Source: Betaproteobacteria bacterium (GTDB lineage Bacteria; Pseudomonadota; Gammaproteobacteria; Burkholderiales; SG8-39). From it: 64,000 nt of DNA. Location: positions 12,941-76,940 of the forward strand of contig CANIEV010000001.1 in the NCBI GenBank assembly GCA_947466535.1. The letters are read 5' to 3'. Position 1 is the first letter of the stretch, and each line of letters begins with the position of its first letter. Made by a program: the position numbers and the translations under genes. Of the stretch, positions 31,601-41,412 are shown one piece after another. Below the pieces are notes generated by a model, which had not been told where the DNA came from, did no database searches, and was given only the letters and a program-made list of their open reading frames with translations.

Positions 31601-33079
31601 ATGCTGGTAAGCGGAAAAGAGAAACTCGAGCGCATGCGCGATGGCCGCGTGGTGTACGTCGGCTCGGAGAAGGTGACCGATGTCACTACCCATCCCGCGT
31701 TTCGTCACGCTGCGCAATCGGTCGCCGACCTGTACGACCGCAAGGCCGATCCGGCAAAACGCGATGTGTTTTCCTACGAGGAGAACGGCGAGCACTTCAG
31801 CATCTACTGGTTGCGTTGTCGCAACCGCGACGACCTCGCGCGTCGCACCCGCGGACTGAAAGCGATCGCCGACGGCACCTACGGCCTGATCGGGCGCACG
31901 CCGGATCACGTCGCCGGGATGGTGACCGGACTTGCGATGAAACCCGAGGTGCTGGAGGAACTTGGCGCAGGGCGTGGCCGGAACCTGATGGCGTATTACG
32001 AGTACGCGAGAAAAAACGATATCTATCTCGCGTTTGCGTGCGTGCCGCCCACCGGCATCCGCAGCCCGGACATGTTCCCCGGCCAGGAGCGCAAGGACCC
32101 GACGCTTCGGGTGGTGGATGAAGACGCCGACGGCGTAACTATCTCGGGCATGAAGATGCTCGCCACCGGCGCGGTGTTTGCCGATGAAGTGTGGATCGGC
32201 AACCTGATTCCGCTGGATGAAAAATACAAGAAGGAAGGGATCACCTGCGCGGTGCCGATGAACGCGCCCGGCGTGTCGCTCTGGGCGCGCCAGTCCTACG
32301 AGCAGCCGGTGCGCAACGAGGCCGACTATCCTCTGTCGTACCGCTTTGATGAGACCGACAGCGTGCTCGTCTGCGACCGGGTGAAGGTGCCCTGGGAGCG
32401 CGTGTTCCTGCACGACAACGGTGCGATGTCCCGCACCATCTACATCAAGACGCCGGCCAACTGCTACGCGAATCACCAGTCGAACGTGCGCTTTTGGGCC
32501 AAGATGGGGCTGGTGGTGGGTTTGGCCAGCCGCATCTGCCAGGCCAACGGCGTGGACAGGATTCCCGGCGTGCGCGAAACGCTTGGCCGGCTTGCCGCGC
32601 TCGAGGCCACGATCGGCGGGCTGGTGCAAGGGCAGATCGAGGCCTGGGAGGCGTTTCCGGAAGGCTGGGCCTGCTACAACCGGCGCCACATGTACGCCGC
32701 GCTCAACTGGTGCCAGGAGCACCACACCGAAATCATCGACACCCTGCGCACGCTCGTGGGCGGCGCCGCGCTGCAGATGCCGGCGAGCATCGACGTGCTT
32801 GCCGACCCGGCGCTGCGCGAGCGATTCGGCGACTGGTGGGCAACACCGTCGATGGAGGCGCTCAAGCGCATGAAACTCTACAAGCTGGTATGGGATCTGA
32901 TCGGATCGGAGTTCGCCGGCCGGCACATGCTGTACGAGAAGTTCTACGCGGGCAACTCGATCATCGTGCGCAACCAGAGCGACCGGGAAGCGCCCTGGGA
33001 CCGCTTTCACGGCATCGTCGATGATCTGCTCGAAGGCATAGAAGTCCCGGATTACGGCGCAGCGGAACCGGGGCACTGA
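31601..33079 (+). CDS. HpaB-family two-component flavin-dependent monooxygenase, oxygenase component (4-hydroxyphenylacetate 3-monooxygenase-like)
   Basis: SGKEKLERMRDGRVVYVGSEKVTDVTTHPAFRHAA at the N-terminus and overall HpaB-like length. GGGAGG SD precedes ATG 31601. Confidence 0.8.
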   Translation: MLVSGKEKLERMRDGRVVYVGSEKVTDVTTHPAFRHAAQSVADLYDRKADPAKRDVFSYEENGEHFSIYWLRCRNRDDLARRTRGLKAIADGTYGLIGRTPDHVAGMVTGLAMKPEVLEELGAGRGRNLMAYYEYARKNDIYLAFACVPPTGIRSPDMFPGQERKDPTLRVVDEDADGVTISGMKMLATGAVFADEVWIGNLIPLDEKYKKEGITCAVPMNAPGVSLWARQSYEQPVRNEADYPLSYRFDETDSVLVCDRVKVPWERVFLHDNGAMSRTIYIKTPANCYANHQSNVRFWAKMGLVVGLASRICQANGVDRIPGVRETLGRLAALEATIGGLVQGQIEAWEAFPEGWACYNRRHMYAALNWCQEHHTEIIDTLRTLVGGAALQMPASIDVLADPALRERFGDWWATPSMEALKRMKLYKLVWDLIGSEFAGRHMLYEKFYAGNSIIVRNQSDREAPWDRFHGIVDDLLEGIEVPDYGAAEPGH

Positions 33080-33084
33080 AACCC

Positions 33085-34440
33085 ATGAAGGCTGGCCAAT
33101 TCGATCCGTCGCAGTACGTCCAGGACCACGCGTCCGAGGGCGAATTCCTCGTGCATCGCGATGTGTTCCGCGATCCGGAGATCTTCGATCTCGAGATGAA
33201 GAACATTTTCGAGTCGAGCTGGGTGTTCCTCGGTCTCACTTCGCAGCTGAAAAAGACGAATGACTTTTTCACTACCTGGATCGGTCGCCAGCCGGTGATC
33301 GTGTCGCGCGACGCCAGCGGAAAGATCCATTGCCTGCTGAATACCTGCCGACACCGCGGCGCGATCGTGGCGCACACCCGGCAGGGCAACGAGCGCCACC
33401 ACATCTGCCAGTACCACGGATGGGCGTACGACAGCGCCGGCAAGTGCGTGAGCGTCAAGGACGAAGCCGATGCGCTCTATGCGGAAGGTTTCAGTGCCGA
33501 GTCGCACGATCTTGTCGCCGTACCGCGACTTGCCGAGTATCGCGGCCTGCTGTTTGCGAGCCTGGTCGACGATGTGGTGCCCATCGAAGAACATCTCGGC
33601 GGGGCGAAGGCGTTCATCGATCTCGTGGTGGACCAGGGTCGTGACGGTGTCGAACTCCTTCCCGGCACCGGGACCTACACCTTTCGTGCCAACTGGAAAC
33701 TGCAGATCGAGAACTGCGTCGACGGCTATCACCTCACCTCCACGCACCCGAGTTTCATGAAAATCGTGGAGCGCAGAAAGCTGGGCGAATCCCGCACGCC
33801 GCTTCGAAACATCGATTTCAATCTCTACGGTTCGCTGTCGGTCGTGAGCGGCGGTTTCACGTTTCCTTACGGGCACGCGGTGCTCTGGTCGGGAAATCCG
33901 GCCCCGGAGACGCGGCCGATCTTCCCCGCGATCGAAGAGGTGCGCAGCCGCGTCGGGGACGTGCGCGCCCGGTGGATGCTCAAGGCGCGCAATCTCACCC
34001 TGTTCCCGAACGTTCAATTCGCAGAAAGCGCCTCGCTGCAGATGCGCGTGATCCGGCCGATCGCCCCCGATCTGACCGAGATGACCATTCATTGCATCGC
34101 TCCGGTGGGCGAGGCGCCCGCGGTGCGAGCCAACCGGATCCGGCTGTACGAGGATTTCTTCAACAGCACCGGGCTTGCCACGCCGGACGATTCGCAGACC
34201 TACGAAGATTGCCAGACCGGGTTTCGCGCCCTGTCGGTCAATCGGATGCAGGGTTATCACCGTGGCATGAAGTCGGTCCAGTCCGGCGCGGACGAATACG
34301 CCCGCGAACTTGGCATCGAGCCCGCCACCAGCCAGAACGGGCCATTCGCGATCCAGGACGAGACCCTGTTTCACGCCTGTTACCGGGAATGGCTGCGGCT
34401 GATGAACAAGGCGCAACAGGCGGACGGGGACACGCGATGA
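33085..34440 (+). CDS. Rieske non-heme iron ring-hydroxylating dioxygenase, alpha subunit (benzoate/anthranilate dioxygenase-like)
   Basis: Rieske motif CRHRG...CQYHGW and mononuclear iron motif ENCVDGYHLTSTH over 451 aa. Confidence 0.92.
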   Translation: MKAGQFDPSQYVQDHASEGEFLVHRDVFRDPEIFDLEMKNIFESSWVFLGLTSQLKKTNDFFTTWIGRQPVIVSRDASGKIHCLLNTCRHRGAIVAHTRQGNERHHICQYHGWAYDSAGKCVSVKDEADALYAEGFSAESHDLVAVPRLAEYRGLLFASLVDDVVPIEEHLGGAKAFIDLVVDQGRDGVELLPGTGTYTFRANWKLQIENCVDGYHLTSTHPSFMKIVERRKLGESRTPLRNIDFNLYGSLSVVSGGFTFPYGHAVLWSGNPAPETRPIFPAIEEVRSRVGDVRARWMLKARNLTLFPNVQFAESASLQMRVIRPIAPDLTEMTIHCIAPVGEAPAVRANRIRLYEDFFNSTGLATPDDSQTYEDCQTGFRALSVNRMQGYHRGMKSVQSGADEYARELGIEPATSQNGPFAIQDETLFHACYREWLRLMNKAQQADGDTR

Positions 34441-34958
34441 AACTCATGGACCTCGTACAGATGCAACGCGTCGCCACCGCAAGCGAGTTGTTGTATCGCG
34501 AAGCGGCCTGCCTTGATGAACGGCGCTGGAATGACTGGCTCGGGTTGTACACGGCAGATTGCGTCTTTTGGGTTCCGGCATGGAAGAGCGAAGACCAGCC
34601 GACCGAGGACCCGCAGAGCGAGACCTCGCTCATCTACTACGACTCGAAATCCGGACTCGAAGACCGGGTGTGGCGCGTGACCACAGGAACATCGTCCGCG
34701 TCCCGGCTGTTGCCGCGAACCCAGCATCAGATCACCAACGTGCGCGTGGCCGCGTCCGAAGGCGCGACTGCACGGCTCGAGGTGCAATACCAGTGGTGCG
34801 TGAACCAGTACGAGCACAAACTTCATGCAGCACAGGTGTTTTTCGGGCGCGCCGAGGCGACCCTGGTGGAGCAGGGCGGTGAATGGCGTATAGCGCGGAA
34901 AAAGACCCTGCTGCTCAACGATTACGTTCCGACCAAACTGGATTTCTACAGTCTTTGA
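34437..34958 (+). CDS. Ring-hydroxylating dioxygenase beta subunit
   Basis: 173 aa with an SnoaL/NTF2-like beta-subunit signature (LLYREAACLDERRWNDWLGLYTADCVFWVP). The ATG overlaps the alpha-subunit stop (ATGA). Confidence 0.9.
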   Translation: MKLMDLVQMQRVATASELLYREAACLDERRWNDWLGLYTADCVFWVPAWKSEDQPTEDPQSETSLIYYDSKSGLEDRVWRVTTGTSSASRLLPRTQHQITNVRVAASEGATARLEVQYQWCVNQYEHKLHAAQVFFGRAEATLVEQGGEWRIARKKTLLLNDYVPTKLDFYSL

Positions 34959-35004
34959 CCTCCATAAGACCGGGACAGCGACTGCGATAGCCAAGGAGAA
35001 CGAA

Positions 35005-35778
35005 ATGAACAACGACATACCCAACCTGCCTAATATCCGCAAGGAAACGGTGAGCGAAGCTGAATGGCGGACTCGCGTCGATCTGGCGGCGTTGTACCGC
35101 CTTGTCGATAATTACGGCTGGATCAGCCTCAACTACAACCATATCGGAATGCGGGTGCCGGATCAGCCGGACCATTTCCTCATCAAGGTGCACAGCCTCA
35201 TGTATCACGAGGTCTGTGCCTCCAACCTGGTGAAGCTTCGCCTCGACGGAAAGCAGGCGGTGTGGTCGGAAAACGTGAATGCCGCCGGCTTCACCATTCA
35301 CAGCGCCGCGCTGAGCGCGCGGCCGGACATCAATTGCACGATCCACATTCACACGATTGCGGGCGCCGCGGTGTCGGCACACCCCAAGGGACTGCTTCCG
35401 CTGGAACAGAACGGGATGCGTTTCTACAACCGCATCTCGTATCACGAGTACGAGGGCATCGCGAGCCGGATGGACGAGGCGGCGCGGATCGCACGCGATC
35501 TCGGTCCGACGAACAAGGCGATGATTCTTCGCAACCACGGCTTGCTCACCTGCGGCGCTACTCCGGCCGAGGCGATGACCGTCACCCGCCATCTGGTGGA
35601 AGCCTGTGAAATCCAGATGACGCTCGAAGCGGCAGGCGCGGGTTTCCGCATTCCTTCGCCCGAGCTGTGCGAGGAGGGTGCGCGGCAGATGGAGCAGCAT
35701 GAAGCCAAGCACAGCGGCGACGACTGGCCGGCGTATCTTCGGCTTGCCGACCGTGCCGATCCGTCCTATCGCAGCTGA
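35005..35778 (+). CDS. Class II aldolase/adducin-domain protein
   Basis: FTIHSAALSARPDINCTIHIHT and ILRNHGLLTCG are typical class II aldolase motifs. Confidence 0.85.
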   Translation: MNNDIPNLPNIRKETVSEAEWRTRVDLAALYRLVDNYGWISLNYNHIGMRVPDQPDHFLIKVHSLMYHEVCASNLVKLRLDGKQAVWSENVNAAGFTIHSAALSARPDINCTIHIHTIAGAAVSAHPKGLLPLEQNGMRFYNRISYHEYEGIASRMDEAARIARDLGPTNKAMILRNHGLLTCGATPAEAMTVTRHLVEACEIQMTLEAAGAGFRIPSPELCEEGARQMEQHEAKHSGDDWPAYLRLADRADPSYRS

Positions 35779-35850
35779 CCGGATCCGCGGCGTTCAGAAG
35801 ACTTTGTGAAAACCTATCCGATCACCGACCGAGCAGGGCGGGCTCGCAGT

Positions 35851-36861
35851 TCAATGGCTGCCGAAGCGTTTCGTCCAGACGGGCAGGACCTCCGGATTGC
35901 GCACATAAACCGGGGCTTCGCCGCGGATGACGCGGCGCAGGTTCTCCGCGATCGTTGTGCCGAGCGATTCGCCGCCTTCGACGGTATGGCCGACGATATG
36001 CGGCGTGAGAATCGCATTGGGCAGCGAGCGAAGCGGGCTGTTGGCCGGCAGCGGTTCGGTTTCGAAGGTATCGAGGCCGAGCCTGGCGATCTTTCCGTCC
36101 CGTGCGGCTTCAAACACCGCAGCCTCGTCGACGATGCCGCCGCGCGCAGTGTTGATCAGGATGGCGGTCGGCTTGAGCAGGCGCAGATTTCCGGCGTAGA
36201 GCAGGCTGCGCGTCTGTTCGTTCAATCCCGCGTGCAGGCTCACGATATCGCTCTTGCAAAGCAATTCTTCAAGATCGGTGAAGCGCACGTTGGACGGCAG
36301 GCCATCGCGATGTCCGCTGCGGCTGTGGACAAGGATGTCGACATCCCAGCCCTGCAGGCGTTTCACGACCGCGAGACCGATGCGGCCAAGTCCGACAAGG
36401 CCGATCGTGCGGTCGCGCAGCATGTGCGCATACTGGCCGGGCGGGCGGGGCAGGCCGTCGCGGAGGATCGCCTCGGAGCGGCGAAGATCGTACAGAAGAT
36501 TCAGCATCAGCATGATCGTGGCTTCCGCCATGCTGTCGGAATTTTCGGACGTGGCGCCGTGACCGACCACGATGCCCAGTTCGGTCGCCGCGCCCACATC
36601 GACGAGTTCGGTGCCGATCACCGGCACCACCACCGCGCGAAGTTTTTTCGCGGCTTCGAGCACCGGGCGCGGGCAAGGGCAGTTCATGCCGGTGATCAGC
36701 ACATCTGCCGTGGCAAGTTCTGCCGCGTTCGCTCGAAGGTCTGCAGGGTCGCGGAAGCGGATCACTTCGTGACCGTCCGCCTGCATTGCAGACTCCGCAG
36801 CCTGGTACACAGGCTTCAGGCGGGGATCATCGACCATCAGGATTCGTGCGTTGGCTGGCAT
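35851..36861 (-). CDS. D-isomer-specific 2-hydroxyacid dehydrogenase family, NAD-binding
   Basis: GLVGLGRIG nucleotide-binding motif, LINTARGGIVDE, and catalytic His in TPHIVGHT. Confidence 0.9.
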   Translation of the reverse strand: MPANARILMVDDPRLKPVYQAAESAMQADGHEVIRFRDPADLRANAAELATADVLITGMNCPCPRPVLEAAKKLRAVVVPVIGTELVDVGAATELGIVVGHGATSENSDSMAEATIMLMLNLLYDLRRSEAILRDGLPRPPGQYAHMLRDRTIGLVGLGRIGLAVVKRLQGWDVDILVHSRSGHRDGLPSNVRFTDLEELLCKSDIVSLHAGLNEQTRSLLYAGNLRLLKPTAILINTARGGIVDEAAVFEAARDGKIARLGLDTFETEPLPANSPLRSLPNAILTPHIVGHTVEGGESLGTTIAENLRRVIRGEAPVYVRNPEVLPVWTKRFGSH

Positions 36862-37014
36862 GCGGATTTCCGGGTGGGTATGCGGAGCCCGGACGGGCTC
36901 AATTCGTTGCGGAAGCGAAATCGTGTGTCGAACGAGACACGCGAGGACGCGAAAGAAATTATAGGGGCAATCCCCGCGGCAACTGCCGCCACGAAATCCG
37001 GGAGCAAGGTCTAA

Positions 37015-38405
37015 TGGCGATGCGAATAGGAAAAGACAACACCGGAACGCTCTCGGATGCGGAGCGAGTCGCCGGAGCAGAGCGAGCGGCGGCGCTTCTG
37101 GACGGAGCCTCGATGCTCGACATGCTGGTGAAGTCGGTGAATATCCCGAGCCCCACCGGCGAGGAGCGCGCCTATGCGGAATTCCTGGTCGACACGATGC
37201 GTGCCGTGGGGCTCAAGGCGCGGCTGCAGCCGATCGATGCGCTTTCGGCCAACGCGATCGGCGAATACGGTGACGGGCCCGGACCGTCGGTGATGCTGTT
37301 CGCACCGATCGACAGTGCGTTTTCCGGTCGTGAGGAAGAAGAGGTTCCCTGGAGCGGTCCGGAACTGCGTCCCGATCAGAAACCGATCGCGAAGCTGGTG
37401 GGTAGCGGCGTGACCGGCCTGTCCGCGGACAATCCCAAGGCAAACATCGCGGCGTCGATTGCAGCGGTGGCGGCGATCGCGAAGGCGAAGATCCCGCTCT
37501 CGGGCCGCATCGTGCTCGCGTTCGGCGCAGGCGGTGCACCCTCCAACAAGCGTCCCCCGCTTGAGCGCTGGAACGTTGGTCACGGAACCGGCTGCGAGTT
37601 TCTGCTTCAGCAGGGCGTGCACGCCGATTTCGCGATCGTCACCAAGCCCGGCTACCGGGTGCAGTGGGAGGAGGTCGGCGTTTGCTGGTTTCGTGTGCGC
37701 ATTCACGGTGTGCAGAGTTACGTCGGGCGCAAGCACGTGCTGGCCGAGAACAATCCGATACTTCGCGCGGCGAAAGTCATGCCGCTGCTCGAGGAATGGT
37801 TCGGCGACTACAGCAGGCGCCATACCGACGGACTGTGTGCACCGCAGGGCGCGATAGGAGCGATCGAGGGCGGATGGACCTACAAGCCGTCGTTTTCGCC
37901 CGCCGCCTGCGATGTGTATGTCGACATGCGGATCAGCCCCCGGACGACGCCGATGCAGGCATGGCGTGAACTCGAGCAGGCGCTGGGCGAAATCCGCACG
38001 CGGCTAGGCGATCCCGCGCTTGCGATGGATTGCGACCTGATCGCGGCGGTGGAAGGACCGGCGACGGCGGAGAGCAACTGGATCATCCAGTCGTGCGTGC
38101 GCGCGTGGGAAGCGGTGGAGGGCGTGAAGCACACGCCCTATCTGCAGACAAGCGGCCAGACCGAAGCGGTGATTTTTCGCCGCCATGGTATTCCGACCGC
38201 GCGTGTCGGCATGCCGGCGCAGATGTCGCCCGCATCGGGCGAACGGGCGGTGCACACGATGGGCGTCACGCATGTGGACGGCATGCTCAGGCTGGCCGGG
38301 GTGCTGATACGCGCGCTGGTGGACACGACAACGCGCGCGCTGCCGGAGGTAGGCATCGGCGGCGAACGGGTAATGGACAACAAGGGTACGAGGAGCAAGA
38401 AATGA
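37015..38405 (+). CDS. M20/ArgE/DapE-like protein with apparently degenerate metal and catalytic residues
   Basis: N-terminal SVNIPSPTGEERAYAEFLVDTM is M20-like. By eye, the HxD position reads APID, the bridging Asp is retained (GLSADNPKA), and the DEE position reads AGG (LAFGAGGAPS). Confidence 0.6.
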
Positions 38406-39544
38406 GTGCAGTCCTGCAGAACAACACGCCGGCGGAAGCGGAAGGCCGCGAGCCGTGGGAAAAATATCGCGCCGCCGCGGGCGGTCTCGACGAATACTGG
38501 TATCCGGTGATGACTGCAGCGGAACTCCGTCAAAAAAAGCGCGCGACGGTGGAACTGGTCGGCCGCAAGCTGGTGTTGTTGGCGGACGGTGCGAAATTCC
38601 GTGCGCTACTCGATGCATGCCCGCATCGCCAGGTCCCGCTTTCGCTCGGGAAAGTCGAATTTCCCGGCACCATCACCTGCATGTATCACGGCTGGACCTT
38701 CAATCTCGAGTCGGGGCGCATGGTGGCGGCACTCACCGACGGTCCGGATTCGCCCATCAACGGCAAGGTCGGCGTACGGACCTACCCGGTCGAGGAGCGC
38801 ATCGGCCTGGTGTTTGTCTGGATGGGCGAAGGCAAGCCGGTGCCGGTTGAAGACGACGTTCCGACCGAACTGTTCCGCGAGGACGCGCGCGTGTATCCGT
38901 TCGTTCGCACCGTGGGGGGCAACTGGCGTCATGCGACCGAGAACGGGTTCGACGAGTCGCATGTGAAGATGCTGCACCGCTACGCGGCGTGGGTGACGTT
39001 CCGCAATGTCTCGGCCTGGAACGAGACCTCGATCGACAAGTCCGACGACGGTGTCTGGCTCGAGCGGGTGCAGCGCAACGTTCACCTGTTCGACGATTAT
39101 CCCGGCCTCGGCTCGTGGCCGAAGAAGCGCTTCTGGAAGCCGGAACCCAACAAGGGAGTCACCACCGGCGGCAAGGATCATGCGGTGGGCGTGCGCCTGC
39201 CCTGCATCCTCCGGGTGCGGCAACCGGGCAAGGCAGACTGGACGCACTACGAGTGGTATGTCCCGATCAACAAGGACAGCTACATCTACCTGGTACTCGC
39301 AGTGACCTGGCGCAGCAGTCCGTGGAAGCGTTTCATGTTCTGGATGCGCTATTGGACCTACATCCTCTGGGTCCATCACTACGGCTTCAACAATCAGGAC
39401 CTCGGTGTGGTGGCAAAAACCCCCGAGGGCGCGCCGGTGAGATTGTTCCGGCCGGATATTTCCATCATCGAATGGCGGCGACATCTGGAGCAGAACGCGC
39501 GGCCGGTGAATCGCAGCGGCAACAACAAGGGAGCGGGCGCATGA
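38402..39544 (+). CDS. Single-subunit Rieske [2Fe-2S] non-heme iron oxygenase
   Basis: Rieske motif CPHRQ...CMYHGW and iron motif NGFDESHVKMLH. The ATG overlaps the upstream stop. Confidence 0.9.
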   Translation: MSAVLQNNTPAEAEGREPWEKYRAAAGGLDEYWYPVMTAAELRQKKRATVELVGRKLVLLADGAKFRALLDACPHRQVPLSLGKVEFPGTITCMYHGWTFNLESGRMVAALTDGPDSPINGKVGVRTYPVEERIGLVFVWMGEGKPVPVEDDVPTELFREDARVYPFVRTVGGNWRHATENGFDESHVKMLHRYAAWVTFRNVSAWNETSIDKSDDGVWLERVQRNVHLFDDYPGLGSWPKKRFWKPEPNKGVTTGGKDHAVGVRLPCILRVRQPGKADWTHYEWYVPINKDSYIYLVLAVTWRSSPWKRFMFWMRYWTYILWVHHYGFNNQDLGVVAKTPEGAPVRLFRPDISIIEWRRHLEQNARPVNRSGNNKGAGA

Positions 39545-40446
39545 GCGGGCAGGACAAGGCATACGCAGGAAGCTACTGGGTCGACCTGATCCAGGCGCAG
39601 GTGTACAAACTCCGTGGACGGTTTGTCACCCGGGTGGTCGAGGCGGGCGAGGGCGAGCCCTTGCTGTTGTTGCACGGCACCGGCGGCCACGCCGAGAACT
39701 ACGCGCGCAACATCATGCCGCTGTCGAAGCATTTCCGGGTGTTCGCGCTTGATTTCGTCTGGCACGGCCGCTCGCAGACCACCGGCTTTCAGCCCGAGAT
39801 CATCCCGGTGCTGGTCGATCAGCTGGTGGATGTGCTGGATACGCTCGGCATCGACCGCGCGCATATCGCCGGGCAATCGCTCGGCGGCTGGGTTGCCACG
39901 CGATTCGCACTTGGCCACGCGAACAGGCTTCGCAAGCTCGTGCTCACCACGCCCATGGGCTACAAGGTGGAACCCGGAGCAGTACCAGGATTCGTAGAAC
40001 AGGACGTCACTCGCCTTCGCGAGAGTTCACTCGAAATACTGCGAAATCCGACCTGGGACAACATCCGTGCCCGACTGGAGCGAATCGTCAACGACAAATC
40101 GCTGATTACCGATGAAGCGGTCGCGGTGCGCCATGCGTTCTACAACGACCCTGCGGTCAATGCAGTCCAGCAGGAACTGATGACGCACTACATGGGCGGC
40201 GAGGCGCCGAAGAAGCATGCCTACGACGATGCGACGCTTGCAAAGATCGCCGTACCGACCCTGGTGTACTGGGGCGACAAGAACAATCCGCCCCCGCCGG
40301 TCGGGCAGGCGCTTGCCCGCGCGATTCCCGGCGCGAAGTTCTTCTCCGCGCCCGAGACCGGCCATTGGGCGCAATTCGAGAACCATGAAATCTACAACCG
40401 CGAGGTGCTTGCCTTCCTGCGCGGTACCGACGGAACAAAGGGGTAA
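39541..40446 (+). CDS. Alpha/beta hydrolase, meta-cleavage-product (C-C bond) hydrolase-like
   Basis: LLLLHGTGGHAENY and nucleophile elbow GQSLGG, with BphD/MhpC-like length. The ATG overlaps the upstream stop. Confidence 0.85.
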   Translation: MSGQDKAYAGSYWVDLIQAQVYKLRGRFVTRVVEAGEGEPLLLLHGTGGHAENYARNIMPLSKHFRVFALDFVWHGRSQTTGFQPEIIPVLVDQLVDVLDTLGIDRAHIAGQSLGGWVATRFALGHANRLRKLVLTTPMGYKVEPGAVPGFVEQDVTRLRESSLEILRNPTWDNIRARLERIVNDKSLITDEAVAVRHAFYNDPAVNAVQQELMTHYMGGEAPKKHAYDDATLAKIAVPTLVYWGDKNNPPPPVGQALARAIPGAKFFSAPETGHWAQFENHEIYNREVLAFLRGTDGTKG

Positions 40447-40449
40447 GCG

Positions 40450-41385
40450 ATGATCGGATTGGGACTGGCGTCCTCCCATGCGCCTGGCATGTTTTGCCCT
40501 AAGGAGGTCTGGCCGACGGTGTATACGGCGATTCCGGAGTACATGAAGGGCTCGCAGCCGCATACCGCGAAGCTCGAAACCGAGGCGGTGATCGAGACCT
40601 ACATCGCACGCATCGATGCTGCGTTCGAGGAGTTGCGCCGGCACATCGAGGAATACCGTCCCGATGCGCTGATCGTCATCGGAGATGATCAGGACGACAT
40701 GTTCACCGCCTCGAACAATCCTGCGATCTGCGTGTTCACCGGCGAGGAAATCTGGGGTTCGTCACTTCCGCGGTACATGGATCTGCCCGCCGAGGCTTCG
40801 ATGATCAGCACAAAAGTGCACGTTGATCTCGCCGAGCTTCTGTTGCGCCAGTTGATGAAGCGCGGCTTCGATCCCGCCGCGAGCAGCGTGCTCAAGCCGC
40901 AGGGCAAGTATCCCGAGCGTGGAACATCGCATATGCTCACTTATCCGCTGCCCCGGCTGGTGCCGAAGTTCGATATCCCGGTGATCCCGGTGTTCCTGAA
41001 TTCGTATTTCCCGCCGATGCCGAGCGGAAAACGCTGCTGGGATCTTGGCGCGGCGATCGCCGACGTTTTCCGCGACCGCCCGGAGCGCATCGCGATCTTT
41101 GGTTCGGGCGGCATGTCGCACGACCCCGACGGGCCTCGGGCGGGCTGGATCGACGAGCCGCTGGACACCTGGGTGTTCGAGCGTATCGAGTCCAATCGCG
41201 GCCATGAGCTGGCGAATCTTTTCAGCTTCGATTCCGCGACCCTGCGCGGCGGCACTGGAGAACTCCGGTCGTGGATTGCGGTGGCGGGCGCCTGCCAGTG
41301 GGCGGGCAGGAAAGTCGAATACATCCAGGCACACCACGCGAAGACAGGGCTTGGATTCTGTGTCTGGCCCGCGGCGCGGCGCTAG
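40450..41385 (+). CDS. Class III (LigB-type) extradiol ring-cleavage dioxygenase
   Basis: GLASSHAPGMF, VIGDDQDDMF and GSGGMSHDPDGP, typical of the LigB superfamily. Confidence 0.85.
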   Translation: MIGLGLASSHAPGMFCPKEVWPTVYTAIPEYMKGSQPHTAKLETEAVIETYIARIDAAFEELRRHIEEYRPDALIVIGDDQDDMFTASNNPAICVFTGEEIWGSSLPRYMDLPAEASMISTKVHVDLAELLLRQLMKRGFDPAASSVLKPQGKYPERGTSHMLTYPLPRLVPKFDIPVIPVFLNSYFPPMPSGKRCWDLGAAIADVFRDRPERIAIFGSGGMSHDPDGPRAGWIDEPLDTWVFERIESNRGHELANLFSFDSATLRGGTGELRSWIAVAGACQWAGRKVEYIQAHHAKTGLGFCVWPAARR

Positions 41386-41412
41386 ACCTTCTACCGGTCA
41401 AGGGGAAAACGA

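Noticed and set aside
36922-36943. Inverted repeat CGTGTGTC-gaacga-GACACGCG in the divergent region between the 2-hydroxyacid dehydrogenase and the M20-like gene
   Set aside because: It is a plausible operator or hairpin, but it is short, includes a G-T pair and is unsupported by any adjacent regulator gene. There is too little evidence to call it a feature.
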